The notes under the pieces: model-generated
Database searches by the model: none
Seen by the model: only the letters and a program-made list of their open reading frames with translations
What the model was told of the DNA's origin: nothing
NCBI GenBank assembly: GCA_963674945.2
Contig: CAXXWQ010000003.1
Coordinates: forward strand, 1,376,001-1,440,000
Length of the DNA stretch: 64,000 nucleotides
Origin: an uncultured Desulfosarcina sp.
GTDB lineage: Bacteria; Desulfobacterota; Desulfobacteria; Desulfobacterales; Desulfosarcinaceae
Reading direction: 5' to 3'
Position numbers and translations under genes: made by a program
Shown: piece after piece, positions 39,785 to 50,104 of the stretch
Layout of the letters: every line of letters starts with the position of its first letter
Numbering within the stretch: position 1 is the first letter of the stretch

Positions 39785-41377
39785 TTGAACGTGTATCATC
39801 GAATCGTAAACATATTCATTGCAACACAGAATCCTCAACTTGAAACGCTTCTTCGAGGCGCTCCACCGCTTGAAAGATTCTCATATCAATTTTTCTGTCA
39901 TCCGGATGTCCATGAAGAAGACCTGAAAGGATGTACGGTCATCGTTCTCGATTTCGAAAACGACGAACCGATATCTCTGGAAAAAATTCTCGCAGCCAAA
40001 GATGAGCAGGCTGTTGTTATCGGTTGTTTTTCAGCCGGTAGCTTTCCAGCCCTGGCAGAAAATTACCAGATCTTCGACCGGATCTGGATCAAACCATTTG
40101 TTGAAGATAAGGTTCTGTCTTCTTTTTCCGGCATACTGAAGCGTATTAAAAAGCAGGAGGATTCGGCACTTACCAAAAAATATCTGGACACATTGATAGA
40201 CAGTCTACCCGACTTGATTTGGTTCAAGGATGCAAGGGGGGCGCATTTGAAAGTCAACAACAGCTTCTGCCGTGCTGTAAATAAAACAAAGACCCAGATT
40301 GAAGGCCGTGGACATTACTATATCTGGGATCTTGAACCGGATGAATACGCCCAGGGGGAATATATTTGCCTGGAATCAGAAGAAATTGTTCTTAATCAGA
40401 AAAAGACCTGCCTTTTCGATGAAACCGTGAAATGCGGCGATGAACTCCGCAAGTTCAAAACCTACAAGTCACCCATCTTCGACACCGATGGCAGCGTTAT
40501 TGGCACTGTGGGATTCGCCCATGATGTGACCGACCTGCAGAACCTGCTTATTGAATTGAATATCCTGATTGAGAGCCTGCCGTTTGCCGTCATGATCACG
40601 GACAAGGACAGAATGATTACCAGCGTCAATCAGAAATTCATTGACACTTTTGTGTTGGACCGCACAGAGGTGGTAGGCAAGCATGTTGATTCTCTCCTTG
40701 ATGAAACCAAGACCTTCACCCGGAGCAAAAGATGGATTCTTGAGCGTGAAGAAGAAGGCACCCTGCTCCTTTCTGAACACAAGGTATTGAAAATTCACGA
40801 AGAAAAGCTTCTGGACATATTCGGCATGCTGGCTGGCTATATCCAACTCTTCATGGACATTACCCTTGCGCATCAGCAAAGAAACAAGCTGCTCATAGAC
40901 GCAAACACAGACCACCTGACCAGGCTTAACAACAGACGCAGTCTGCAGGATTTCATGCGGAAAACACCTTGTAAAGCGGGTACCGTACTGTTGCTCGCGG
41001 ACCTTGATAACTTTAAGGAGGTCAATGATCAGTACGGTCACGACGAAGGTGACAAGGTGTTGGTAGCCTTTTCCGATTTGCTTACACAGACATTTCCTGC
41101 TGAAAACCTGTTTCGGCTTGGGGGAGATGAGTTTGCTATAATTCTCCATAATATGGAAGGCCCCACTATTCCGAGACAATACGCCGAACAGTTTCTCGAA
41201 AGATGTAACACAAACATCACGAAACAGTTTTCCCAAACCAATATTTCTGTAAGCATCGGCATTGCTATGGACGTCGATGATGTTAGAGACTTCGGCGAAT
41301 TATTCAAAAGAGCGGACATGGCCCTTTATGAATCAAAAAAAGCAGGGAAAAATACGTTTACTTTCTGGAAAAGATAG
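39785..41377 (+). CDS. PAS-PAS-GGDEF diguanylate cyclase
   Basis: DHLTRLNNRR, DLDNFKEVND and RLGGDEF; two PAS domains; no RxxD I-site. Confidence 0.93.
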   Translation: MNVYHRIVNIFIATQNPQLETLLRGAPPLERFSYQFFCHPDVHEEDLKGCTVIVLDFENDEPISLEKILAAKDEQAVVIGCFSAGSFPALAENYQIFDRIWIKPFVEDKVLSSFSGILKRIKKQEDSALTKKYLDTLIDSLPDLIWFKDARGAHLKVNNSFCRAVNKTKTQIEGRGHYYIWDLEPDEYAQGEYICLESEEIVLNQKKTCLFDETVKCGDELRKFKTYKSPIFDTDGSVIGTVGFAHDVTDLQNLLIELNILIESLPFAVMITDKDRMITSVNQKFIDTFVLDRTEVVGKHVDSLLDETKTFTRSKRWILEREEEGTLLLSEHKVLKIHEEKLLDIFGMLAGYIQLFMDITLAHQQRNKLLIDANTDHLTRLNNRRSLQDFMRKTPCKAGTVLLLADLDNFKEVNDQYGHDEGDKVLVAFSDLLTQTFPAENLFRLGGDEFAIILHNMEGPTIPRQYAEQFLERCNTNITKQFSQTNISVSIGIAMDVDDVRDFGELFKRADMALYESKKAGKNTFTFWKR

Positions 41378-41590
41378 CCCGTGAAACGACATGTGAAGCT
41401 TTAAAAAGTCGGAAAATCATACGACGATGATGGAATCGAGCACATCGATGTGGTTATTTATTCATGTGTAAATAAAAAAATCTCATTTCATCAACTACTT
41501 TTATCGGATGTGCTCATAATACATTCGTCTGCCTTTGACGCCGTCACCTGCTTTCTGCAATCTTTATTTTTCCATGTACCTTCTACACAA

Positions 41591-42406
41591 CTATTGAGGA
41601 GTAATTGACGGGGTACCACCGTATACCGGTAAAATGCACCCTGTGATATAATTGGCATCATCGGACGATAGAAAGGCCACGGCATTGGCGACATCTTCCG
41701 GTTCCCCTCGTTTCGCTAACGGGCATATACCAAGCGTAGCCTTTTCACGCTCCATGAAGTTCTGGTATTCTTCAGGATTTGTCTCACGTTTCGCTTCCAT
41801 CGACAAGTATCCAGACGTCTTGATATAACCCGGGGAAACCACATTCACATTGATACCGTACTTGCCAACTTCGGCAGCCAGGGTCTTAGTGAAAGCATTA
41901 ACGCCCGCTTTACCGGCAGCGTAGATGGTGACACCACTTGTAGGCAAGTCCGCTGCCATGGTTGAAATATTCACGATTTTCCCACTTCGCTGCTGGATCA
42001 TACGTGTCAGAACCGCCCTGGTACAGTTCAACGTGCTACGCAATGTTATATTCAGCGTTCGGTCCCATTCCTCCGGCTTTGATTCGACAAAAAGACTGGG
42101 GAAATAAACAGGGCCTGATTCGGTCCATGCCAACCCCGCATTGTTTACTAGAATGTCCACTTTGCCAAACTCAGCCAGCACTTTCTCGACCATGGTATCG
42201 ACCTGCTCCATGACGGTGACATCTGCCACAATCGACAAGGACTCCCCTCCGAAACCTTTTACCTCATCAGCGACAGTATCGGCTATCTGCTGGTGAATAT
42301 CATTAATTACTACCGTTGCTCCCTTCCCTGCCAAAGTCAAAGCAATAACACGACCGATTCCCCGAGCGGCCCCGGTCACGATAGCTACCTTGCCTTCTAA
42401 ATTCAT
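41591..42406 (-). CDS. SDR family oxidoreductase (FabG-like)
   Basis: TGAARGIG, NNAG and YAAGK motifs. Confidence 0.93.
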   Translation of the reverse strand: MNLEGKVAIVTGAARGIGRVIALTLAGKGATVVINDIHQQIADTVADEVKGFGGESLSIVADVTVMEQVDTMVEKVLAEFGKVDILVNNAGLAWTESGPVYFPSLFVESKPEEWDRTLNITLRSTLNCTRAVLTRMIQQRSGKIVNISTMAADLPTSGVTIYAAGKAGVNAFTKTLAAEVGKYGINVNVVSPGYIKTSGYLSMEAKRETNPEEYQNFMEREKATLGICPLAKRGEPEDVANAVAFLSSDDANYITGCILPVYGGTPSITPQ

Positions 42407-42564
42407 AGGAATTACTCCTCTTTTCAGTGAGGTTATATCGTTGGTGATAAAAATTTTCTTTTAAAAGGAGGTGTACATATACAAACCGATACAATTTGTC
42501 AATTTTAAAGACCGAAACTTCAGTTCAGCATAGCCAAAACCGTTTTGGATTGCCGATAATGACC

Positions 42565-43446
42565 TCACCTGACAGCAGCATGTACGATTGCGAAAAACGG
42601 GCATGATATGCGATCTGTATCCTTGAAGTATCGGGCTTCCAATGACCGCGGACTCATATCTTTCACGTCGCGAAAGCCTCTCTTTTCAAGGAATTTCCCC
42701 ACGGTACCCTCTTCTATCGAGAACTTCAGGGACTCGTCCGCCTCCGCAGCTCGTTTTCTCATCTTCTCAGCTTCTTTCATTCTGCCATCGATGGCTGACC
42801 GATAAATATAGTCAAATAAAAGTGAGCTTCCCCCACCTTCGTTGTTTGCGACGAAAGCAAGGGTTTCATCAACTGCCTCGGGTGAAATATACATCGTCAC
42901 CCCCTCCCAGATGAACATGGTTTTCAAATTCTTGTCGTAACCATTGAGATACAGTTGTTCATCCAACCTTGTTTTCTCAAAATCAACCGGAACGTAGGTG
43001 ACATGATCGGGAAGATTACCGAAAATCTTCATAACTCTTTCTTTTTTAACCGATTGACTGTCCGGGTGGTCGACTTCAAAGACCTTGATTCTATCCGTTA
43101 GTTCGGAAAACCGAAATGCTCTCGTGTCGTATCCGGCGCCAAGAACCACTAACTGCGCGATGCCATCTTCAATACGCTCATTAAGGCAATCGTCACCATA
43201 ACGCGCTCTTAAGACAACATAATTGATGCCGCCCGGAATCATACCGGAAAGCGCCTTATACACCAGTTTATTCAATAATCTACCCGATAGTAAAAATCGA
43301 GAATTCAAAAGAACTCTTGGCAGACCGCTTAGGAAACGGAGCGTGTATGGATCATATAACACCCTTTCATTTTCCGGCTTTATTGATTCCAATGCCCTGA
43401 ACACTGCCGCGGACAATGCAGAAGCGGCGGCTTGTCCCTCTTTCAT
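42565..43446 (-). CDS. SAM-dependent methyltransferase (LCM-like family)
   Basis: QLVVLGAGYDTRA, FEVDHP and WEGVTMY motifs; start MKEGQ after AGGAGG. Confidence 0.9.
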   Translation of the reverse strand: MKEGQAAASALSAAVFRALESIKPENERVLYDPYTLRFLSGLPRVLLNSRFLLSGRLLNKLVYKALSGMIPGGINYVVLRARYGDDCLNERIEDGIAQLVVLGAGYDTRAFRFSELTDRIKVFEVDHPDSQSVKKERVMKIFGNLPDHVTYVPVDFEKTRLDEQLYLNGYDKNLKTMFIWEGVTMYISPEAVDETLAFVANNEGGGSSLLFDYIYRSAIDGRMKEAEKMRKRAAEADESLKFSIEEGTVGKFLEKRGFRDVKDMSPRSLEARYFKDTDRISCPFFAIVHAAVR

Positions 43447-43529
43447 ATTTTTCCTCCTGAACCGATATAACACCTTATTTTTTCTGCATATCTTCATCAA
43501 TGTGCAGATGTCAAGTCTCAGATGAGGCA

Positions 43530-43588
43530 CTCGAACGAAGCGAATTCAGCAGATGGGAAAACCACGCTGCTGATTGCTGACTTTCGGT
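43530..43588 (+). other. Degenerate attC-like site
   Basis: CTCGAAC ... TCAGCAG/CTGCTGA stem ... TTTCGGT. Confidence 0.4.
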
Positions 43589-43864
43589 ATCGTAAATTAT
43601 CGATCACAGAATAGCCATGGTGAAATTTCGGGAACGTCTGTTGACATATTGGAATTTTTCTTTTCAGTTTCTGAATAATGGAAGTAAAGGAGAGGATGTT
43701 TCTCAGGCATATTTACAAGTCAGAGAAAGAGTTAGAAACAGGAATAACCACTTTTGGCAATCAACTACGAAAATTATATACGGAAGATGAGGTTAGGGGC
43801 ACACCTCCCTGGGAGTTTAAAGACCGTTTGTTTGGTGTAAACTGGTTTTCGTTTTTCTTTCCCA

Positions 43865-45034
43865 TCAATAGAGGAACATGGGTTTATCCAGAAATCGCCG
43901 GATATGCGGGCGGTACGTTTTGGCATCATAGAGTTCATCCACGTCCACCCGCTTGGCCCCGCCGGTGACGACGGTGATATCGATCGCCGTGTAACGCCCC
44001 CTTGAAAGGGCCACCAGCTTACCGAATTCCTTGCGCCGAATCAGATCCGTCGCCATGCCGGCGTAGTTGAGGGCCACCATCAGATCCAACGAATCCGGAG
44101 ATCCGCTTCGCATTAGATAGAAAAGCGGCTGGAAGATAATACCGATCCCGGTGATTTTTTTTATGGCATCGGATGTGACGGCACCGATGCCTCCCAGCTT
44201 CCGATGTCCGAAGGCGTCGGCCTCCCCGGAAAGAACCATTTCGCCGCCCTCCATTACCGCCCCTTCGCTGATGGTCATCATGGCATAGCGACTGGGATTG
44301 TCCAGCCGGTCGTCCACCAAATACCGGCACAGCGTCTCGATATCGAAGGGCACTTCCGAGATGATGCACCGGTCCACACCAGCCAGATATCCCGAAACCA
44401 GGGATGTCTCTCCACAATAGCGTCCAAACAGCTCCACCACCGCGATTCGCTCGTGGGAACCGCTGGAGGTCCGCAGGGCGTGAATGAAGTTGACACTGCG
44501 GGTGACGGCCGTTGAAAATCCGATGCAGTAATCCGTACCGGTGACGTCATTGTCCATGGTCTTGGGAATCGCAATGATCGGATATCCCTCACGGTGCAGG
44601 CGCAGGGCAAATGAGAGCGTATCATCCCCGCCGATGGCCACCAGAACGTCAATACCCAATGCATTTAGATTGGCGAGCACATGGGCGGTAAAATCGCGTT
44701 TTTCTTTTTTATCTGCAAAACGGTTTTTGAGAAAATCCGGCGCATCCTTTTGGCTCACACTGGACGGGTTGGTACGCGAGGTGTGCAGAATCGTCCCGCC
44801 GGAGCGGTCGATTGTACGGACGAGGGCTGGATCGAGCGGCATGATGTTGGCTTCGCGTGAATCAGGATCATCCGGGTTGAAGGCAACCAATCCGTCCCAG
44901 CCCCGGCGAATTCCCACAACCGCCATTCCGCACTGGCAGGCACCGATGACCAGCTGCTTGATACAGGGGTTGAGGCCCGGAACATCTCCCCCGCCGGTCA
45001 AGACGCCAATGATCGTTCTGGATAATGGTTTCAT
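43865..45034 (-). CDS. pfkA: 6-phosphofructokinase (PfkA family), PPi-type signature
   Basis: [31 protein letters not shown] and ELFGR motifs. Confidence 0.9.
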   Translation of the reverse strand: MKPLSRTIIGVLTGGGDVPGLNPCIKQLVIGACQCGMAVVGIRRGWDGLVAFNPDDPDSREANIMPLDPALVRTIDRSGGTILHTSRTNPSSVSQKDAPDFLKNRFADKKEKRDFTAHVLANLNALGIDVLVAIGGDDTLSFALRLHREGYPIIAIPKTMDNDVTGTDYCIGFSTAVTRSVNFIHALRTSSGSHERIAVVELFGRYCGETSLVSGYLAGVDRCIISEVPFDIETLCRYLVDDRLDNPSRYAMMTISEGAVMEGGEMVLSGEADAFGHRKLGGIGAVTSDAIKKITGIGIIFQPLFYLMRSGSPDSLDLMVALNYAGMATDLIRRKEFGKLVALSRGRYTAIDITVVTGGAKRVDVDELYDAKTYRPHIRRFLDKPMFLY

Positions 45035-45186
45035 GATGGTCCTCCTTGTTTATCCAAATCAGATTCGAAAGTTACGGAGAAGCAAAAAAGAGGGGATGCG
45101 AACCCGACAAAATAGCGCAACGGGAAAAATTCGCAGGTCTCAGGTAACCGAAAAACGATTGTGTACGGCCCCTCCTATATTCTACC

Positions 45187-45202
45187 AGCAACCCTCATGC
45201 CA
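45187..45202 (-). promoter_or_regulatory. sigma54 promoter of pfk
   Basis: TGGCATGAGGGTTGCT, GG-N10-GC. Confidence 0.8.
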
Positions 45203-45295
45203 TAGAGCACCGTTCTTTGTTCGGAGATAACCATATGTATTTATTTAGAAATAAAAGATTTATTCCGTTTCCGGCAGGCTGCACCCGAAAGCAAT

Positions 45296-45333
45296 TGTTC
45301 TTTATTTTTTACAGTATGCAAGATATTCTGACA
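45296..45333. promoter_or_regulatory. Putative UAS
   Basis: ...TTTTTTACA-GTA-TGCAAGATATTCTGACA. Confidence 0.62.
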
Positions 45334-45551
45334 GGGAGTTTTTGTGGAGGAACGCCGCTTTTGGCGCATTGGTAGAAAAAGATTGATTATCATAGATTTT
45401 TTGCAGATTTTTTGCACTATTGGCATTACTTGATTTATTATATTCGTTTTCAATCGAAAGGGGGCTTCGCAAACGCAAAATGAGACAAGGACGGATTTGT
45501 CCTCGTCAACGTTACGCAAGCGTCCGGTGAAAAAATGGGAAATCGATCCGT

Positions 45552-46370
45552 ATGAAATATGTTCATGGATACAATCAGAGAGAAAACATACGCCTGCAGG
45601 ATCAGGCCGTAACACTTGTTGATTTGCTGCATTCCGATACTTTTTACCCGGATGGCAGCCAAATTCTTGAGGCCGGTTGCGGTGTCGGTGCGCAGACCGT
45701 AACTTTGGCACAAAACAGCCCCGGAGCACAATTTACCTCGATTGATATTTCTGACGGATCGATTATGCAGGCCCGCGAGAAAATTGAGAAGGCCGGGTGC
45801 ACGAATGTAAGCTTCAAAAAAGCCGATATTTTCAACCTGCCGTTTCAACCGGAATCGTTCGACCACATCTTTGTCTGCTTTGTCCTTGAACATATTGCAC
45901 GACCGGTTTCGGCGCTGAACTGTCTCCGTAATTTTCTCAAGGTCGGTGGTACCATTACCGTTATCGAAGGAGATCATGGGTCCACCTATTTTTATCCCGA
46001 CAATTCAGCCTCACATGAAGCGATCCAATGCCAGGTAAATTTGCAGAAGGAAGCGGGCGGCAATGCCAATATCGGCAGAGGGCTCTACCCTCTTTTGGAT
46101 AGCGCGGATTTTCGCAGGATCAACGTATCGCCGCGTATGGTCTACGTTGATGCAAGCAGACCGCAACTGGTCAAAGGGTTCATTAAAAACACCTTCACGG
46201 CAATGATTGAGGGTATACGCGAGTCTTCCATCGAAAAAGGTCTGATTGATCCGAAAACCTTTGATGAGGGTATTAAAGGGTTGTATCGGACAACGGAAGC
46301 CGATGGCGTTTTCTGCTATACATTTTTTAAGGCAACTGCCCAAAAGGGCGAATTGCCGGACAGTACGTAA
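45552..46370 (+). CDS. Class I SAM-dependent methyltransferase
   Basis: LEAGCGVG and FDHIFVCFVLEH motifs. Confidence 0.92.
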   Translation: MKYVHGYNQRENIRLQDQAVTLVDLLHSDTFYPDGSQILEAGCGVGAQTVTLAQNSPGAQFTSIDISDGSIMQAREKIEKAGCTNVSFKKADIFNLPFQPESFDHIFVCFVLEHIARPVSALNCLRNFLKVGGTITVIEGDHGSTYFYPDNSASHEAIQCQVNLQKEAGGNANIGRGLYPLLDSADFRRINVSPRMVYVDASRPQLVKGFIKNTFTAMIEGIRESSIEKGLIDPKTFDEGIKGLYRTTEADGVFCYTFFKATAQKGELPDST

Positions 46371-46377
46371 AAAGAGA

Positions 46378-47022
46378 ATGATAAACACAGACTACTGGAA
46401 AAATGAGGGAGTGAAGAAGGTCTTTACCCACCCGATCCGTTCGGAATGGATCGCCACGATCGATAGGGAAAAAGCAATACTCGACCTTGGATGTGGATAT
46501 GGACGTCTGACGCCGGACCTCATGGAGGAGGGGTTCTCATCAATTTACGGATATGATCCCAGTGCGCCTTTGATAGACCGGGCCGTTCAGGAAAATCCTG
46601 GAGCGCACTATACGAGTGATGAACTTTTCCTGTCGGGGAAATCCTTCGATTTGATTCTATGCTTTGCTCTTTTCACTTCCTGCCCTTCTCCTGAAGAGCA
46701 ACGTGTACTGGCTGCATTGATCGATGCATCATCGAACGAAAAAACGGTTTTATACATCAGCGACTATGAAACCGTTGACAACCCAAATTATCGAAAGCGC
46801 TACGAACAGCGAAAACTCAATATTTATGGCTGTTTCTCATCCGACAATGCAATTTTTCGTCATCACGACGCCGGACACTTCGACCACCTGCTGCCCAACT
46901 GGAAATTGATGAAAGAAAGTACCCTTGCCGGCAAAACACTAAACGGAAACGAAATAACGGTTCATCAGTATCTGTACACGAAAAACCCGTGTCCGGAGGA
47001 TCCGGCTTTGGGCTCCCCCTGA
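46378..47022 (+). CDS. Class I SAM-dependent methyltransferase
   Basis: ILDLGCGYGR motif; start MINTDYW just after the upstream stop. Confidence 0.88.
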   Translation: MINTDYWKNEGVKKVFTHPIRSEWIATIDREKAILDLGCGYGRLTPDLMEEGFSSIYGYDPSAPLIDRAVQENPGAHYTSDELFLSGKSFDLILCFALFTSCPSPEEQRVLAALIDASSNEKTVLYISDYETVDNPNYRKRYEQRKLNIYGCFSSDNAIFRHHDAGHFDHLLPNWKLMKESTLAGKTLNGNEITVHQYLYTKNPCPEDPALGSP

Positions 47023-47251
47023 CAGTTGGAAACGAACCTTTGCATGGCCACCGCTTTTCAGGAAAAATCCATCCCGAGAAAGAACTTGCCCCAACAACCA
47101 GAAATCCAAACGTCTGAAAGACCGTTTCGGATTGTCCCGGACGTGGTTGACATTTGGATTCAATTCGGAGAAAGATACCCGCACCCAATGCTTCAGGCCA
47201 AGTACCCCGGATCGAGACCTGCCAACATGAACATCGAGGAGAGCAGAAGAG

Positions 47252-48778
47252 ATGAAACGAAACGGCCTGCTGATCGGACTCATCAGCGTTCTTTTTTTCC
47301 TTTTGGTAAGCGCGTCCTCGTCCCACGCGGGACGGGGGCTGAAGGTCAAGCTGAAAAAAAGCGAACAGCCGGGCGCGCCCGTGACCGAAGAGGTAACCCT
47401 GTATGGTTCAAGCTATGCGCTGGTAATCGGCATCGACGACTATCGGGCCGGATGGCCCAGGCTTTCCGGTGCTGTGAAAGACGCCCATCAGGTGGCTGCC
47501 GAGTTGGAGAAAAATGGCTTTGAGGTACGCACGGAGACGAACCTGAACGCCGGTGAACTGAAGGACACATTCAACAATTTTTTTATTTTCAAGGGGGAAA
47601 ACCCGGACGCCCGGCTTTTCGTATGGTTCGCCGGGCACGGGCACACCCTCAACGGAGAGGGGTATCTGGTGCCGACCGACGCGCCGCTGCCGTCCAAGAA
47701 TGAAGCACAGTTCAAGTACAAGGCGCTGTCGTTGCGACGCTTTGGAGAATACGTCCGCCAGGCTAAGTCCAAGCACGTGCTGGCCGTTTTTGATTCCTGC
47801 TTTTCCGGTACCATTTTTTCCACACAACGCAGTGCCCCTCCGGCGGCCATTACCCGCTCGGTCACACTGCCGGTCCGGCAATTCATCTCCTCGGGGGATG
47901 CGGATCAAGAGGTTTCCGACGACGGACGTTTCCGAAAACTGTTTATCAGGGCGCTTCGGGGAGAGGAACGGGCAGACGCCAATGGCGACGGGTATCTCAC
48001 CGGATCGGAACTGAGCATGTTTTTGACGGATCGCGTCACCAATCTCACCAATTCCATGCAGACCCCTCGCCACGGGAAATTGCGGGACGAAAACTACGAT
48101 AGAGGGGATTTCGTGTTCCAGGTGGCAGGAAGCGCCCAATCTGCAGCGACGCAGTGGCAGGAGACATCACAAAAGCCGGGAAAAAATGGATTCAGCACGG
48201 CGCCCGAGCCCGGAACACCGCAAAGGGGTTCACTCGATGTAACGGTTGCGCCGGAACATGCGCAGATCCGATTCATGAACTACCGCAAGCGCTTTTTGCA
48301 GGGAATGGACCTTTCGCCGGGTGAGTACGAGCTGGAAATCTCCGCCGACGGCTACGAGACCAGAACGCTGTGGGTCGAAATCGAGGACGGCAAGAACAAG
48401 GACCTGCGCGTCAGCCTGAAAAGGGTGCATTCAAAACAATCGGACATCGTAGACAAGCCGCAGGGTCCTTCCGCACCACCGGAGCCCGCCGGCGTTTCCG
48501 TCACGTTGGAATATGCAGGTGATCCGTACGGCTGCGTTCTGGATCTGGCGATCACGGTAGCCGGGGAAACCATCGTCCCTGAATCCAACACCCTTGTCAT
48601 TCCCAATGTTCCCCGGGGAAACGTCCCCTATGCCATAAACGGAACCATCAACTGCGGATTCATGGGTACCTGCACGGTGCAGGGACAGGGGACGCTCAAC
48701 GCACACGAGGGCAGCCACTACAACCTGATCTGGCAGAACACCGGTCCCGGGCAGTGCGGCGCATGGTTTATGCAATAG
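47252..48778 (+). CDS. Secreted caspase-family (peptidase C14) protein with PEGA-like and Cys-containing C-terminal domains
   Basis: Signal peptide, ALVIGIDDY, FAGHG and DSC catalytic dyad, PGEYELEISADGY. Confidence 0.88.
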   Translation: MKRNGLLIGLISVLFFLLVSASSSHAGRGLKVKLKKSEQPGAPVTEEVTLYGSSYALVIGIDDYRAGWPRLSGAVKDAHQVAAELEKNGFEVRTETNLNAGELKDTFNNFFIFKGENPDARLFVWFAGHGHTLNGEGYLVPTDAPLPSKNEAQFKYKALSLRRFGEYVRQAKSKHVLAVFDSCFSGTIFSTQRSAPPAAITRSVTLPVRQFISSGDADQEVSDDGRFRKLFIRALRGEERADANGDGYLTGSELSMFLTDRVTNLTNSMQTPRHGKLRDENYDRGDFVFQVAGSAQSAATQWQETSQKPGKNGFSTAPEPGTPQRGSLDVTVAPEHAQIRFMNYRKRFLQGMDLSPGEYELEISADGYETRTLWVEIEDGKNKDLRVSLKRVHSKQSDIVDKPQGPSAPPEPAGVSVTLEYAGDPYGCVLDLAITVAGETIVPESNTLVIPNVPRGNVPYAINGTINCGFMGTCTVQGQGTLNAHEGSHYNLIWQNTGPGQCGAWFMQ

Positions 48779-48822
48779 CCCAACGAACCGGCCGATCACA
48801 ATCAACGAACAAGGAGGTACCA

Positions 48823-49363
48823 ATGGCATTGATCGATACCGTTTCACCTGAGCAAGCAACGGGCAAAATGAAAGAGGCTTTCGATATGTTTATGGAAAAT
48901 CTGGGTGTGATCCCCAAACCCTTGGTGATGATGAGTGCCAGCCCAGCCATTTTCGACCAGCAGCTTCAACGAATCCTCTATTATACCAATCATCCTACGC
49001 TTGGTTTCCCCCCTGCTGTCCCATATCCGCTACCTGGTGGCTTACGACCTGAATTACAGTTTCTGCATGGACTTTAACAGACTCATTTTGAAAAAGCAGG
49101 GTCTGGAGGATGATGACATCAAGCGAATTGAATCCGATCCGAGCAAGTCGTTATTGGAAGAGAAAGATTCGGCGATGCTGGCTTTTGTCGTCAAGTCCGT
49201 TAAGGAGCCCGGCTCTGTGAAAGCCGAGGAAATTGAGCGGCTCAAAGAGATGGGATGGGAAGACAAGGATTTGGTAGATGCCTTGGCCCATGACGTGAAC
49301 ATGGTCGACCATTCCATTATGATGGAAGTTTTTCAGATCGATCAAGAATGTCTTGTCAAATAA
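48823..49363 (+). pseudogene. AhpD/CMD-like protein split by a +1 frameshift in a C6 run
   Basis: MALIDTVSPEQATG...HPTLGFP then a frame change to LLSHIRYLVA...FC; RBS AGGAGG. Confidence 0.75.
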
Positions 49364-49513
49364 GATAATCTGGATTGCATACGGATTCTTGGATGATCGG
49401 GAAAAATCAGGATTTGGTTTTACACAGATTGCTTACGTTCACCCCCTTACACGAGAGCACACAATGGTTTTGAGCACATACGATTTCCATCAATAAGAAA
49501 AGGAGAAAAAATA

Positions 49514-49873
49514 ATGACGAACAATGTTGTAATTGCACTTTCCTGCGGAACAAACGACACCAATCGCGCCACCCGTGCCATTCACCTCACCACAATTGCA
49601 CACAAAGAGGGGAAAAACGCCTGCCTTTTTTTACTGGATGAAGGCGTTTATCTGGCAAAAGAGGGAATTATCACCCACGTTAGAGCCGCTACCGGTGATG
49701 TGGCGGATGATCTGCTCACATATCTTCAGGCACACGAAGTTCCGATTCTGGTATGCACCCCGTGTGCGAAAGCACGCCAAATCAAAGAGGAAGAGCTAAT
49801 CGAAGGTGCACGCATGGCTACTGCGGCGGAATTTATAAATATTTGCTGCGATGCCGCCGTTATCAGTTTATAG
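49514..49873 (+). CDS. DsrE family protein
   Basis: LFLLDEGV and CTPCAKAR motifs. Confidence 0.88.
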   Translation: MTNNVVIALSCGTNDTNRATRAIHLTTIAHKEGKNACLFLLDEGVYLAKEGIITHVRAATGDVADDLLTYLQAHEVPILVCTPCAKARQIKEEELIEGARMATAAEFINICCDAAVISL

Positions 49874-49889
49874 AGCGGCATTCCCTTCA

Positions 49890-49921
49890 AGGGTCGCATC
49901 TTACTCAGGAAGATGCGACCC
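49890..49921 (+). terminator. Hairpin downstream of the dsrE-family gene
   Basis: GGGTCGCATCTT-loop-AAGATGCGACCC 12-bp perfect stem, no U-tract. Confidence 0.45.
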
Positions 49922-50104
49922 AGACGAATGAATCCTGCGACCCGGCCGGAAAAAGCGAAGGACAATGTTGCGTAAGAAAAAATCACACCATTTCTTTTGA
50001 GAAGACATCAAAACAAGAAAGATAAAACCAGGGTGAGGGGCGATGTTACACCCATCCCGGCGAACCGGATGTTTGATAAGCCAACCCTTCAAAGGAAGGC
50101 AAAA

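Noticed and set aside
43678..43968. 96-aa ORF faintly like an IS3 transposase C-terminus
   Set aside because: No DDE motif or terminal repeats seen and it overlaps pfk; needs BLASTX
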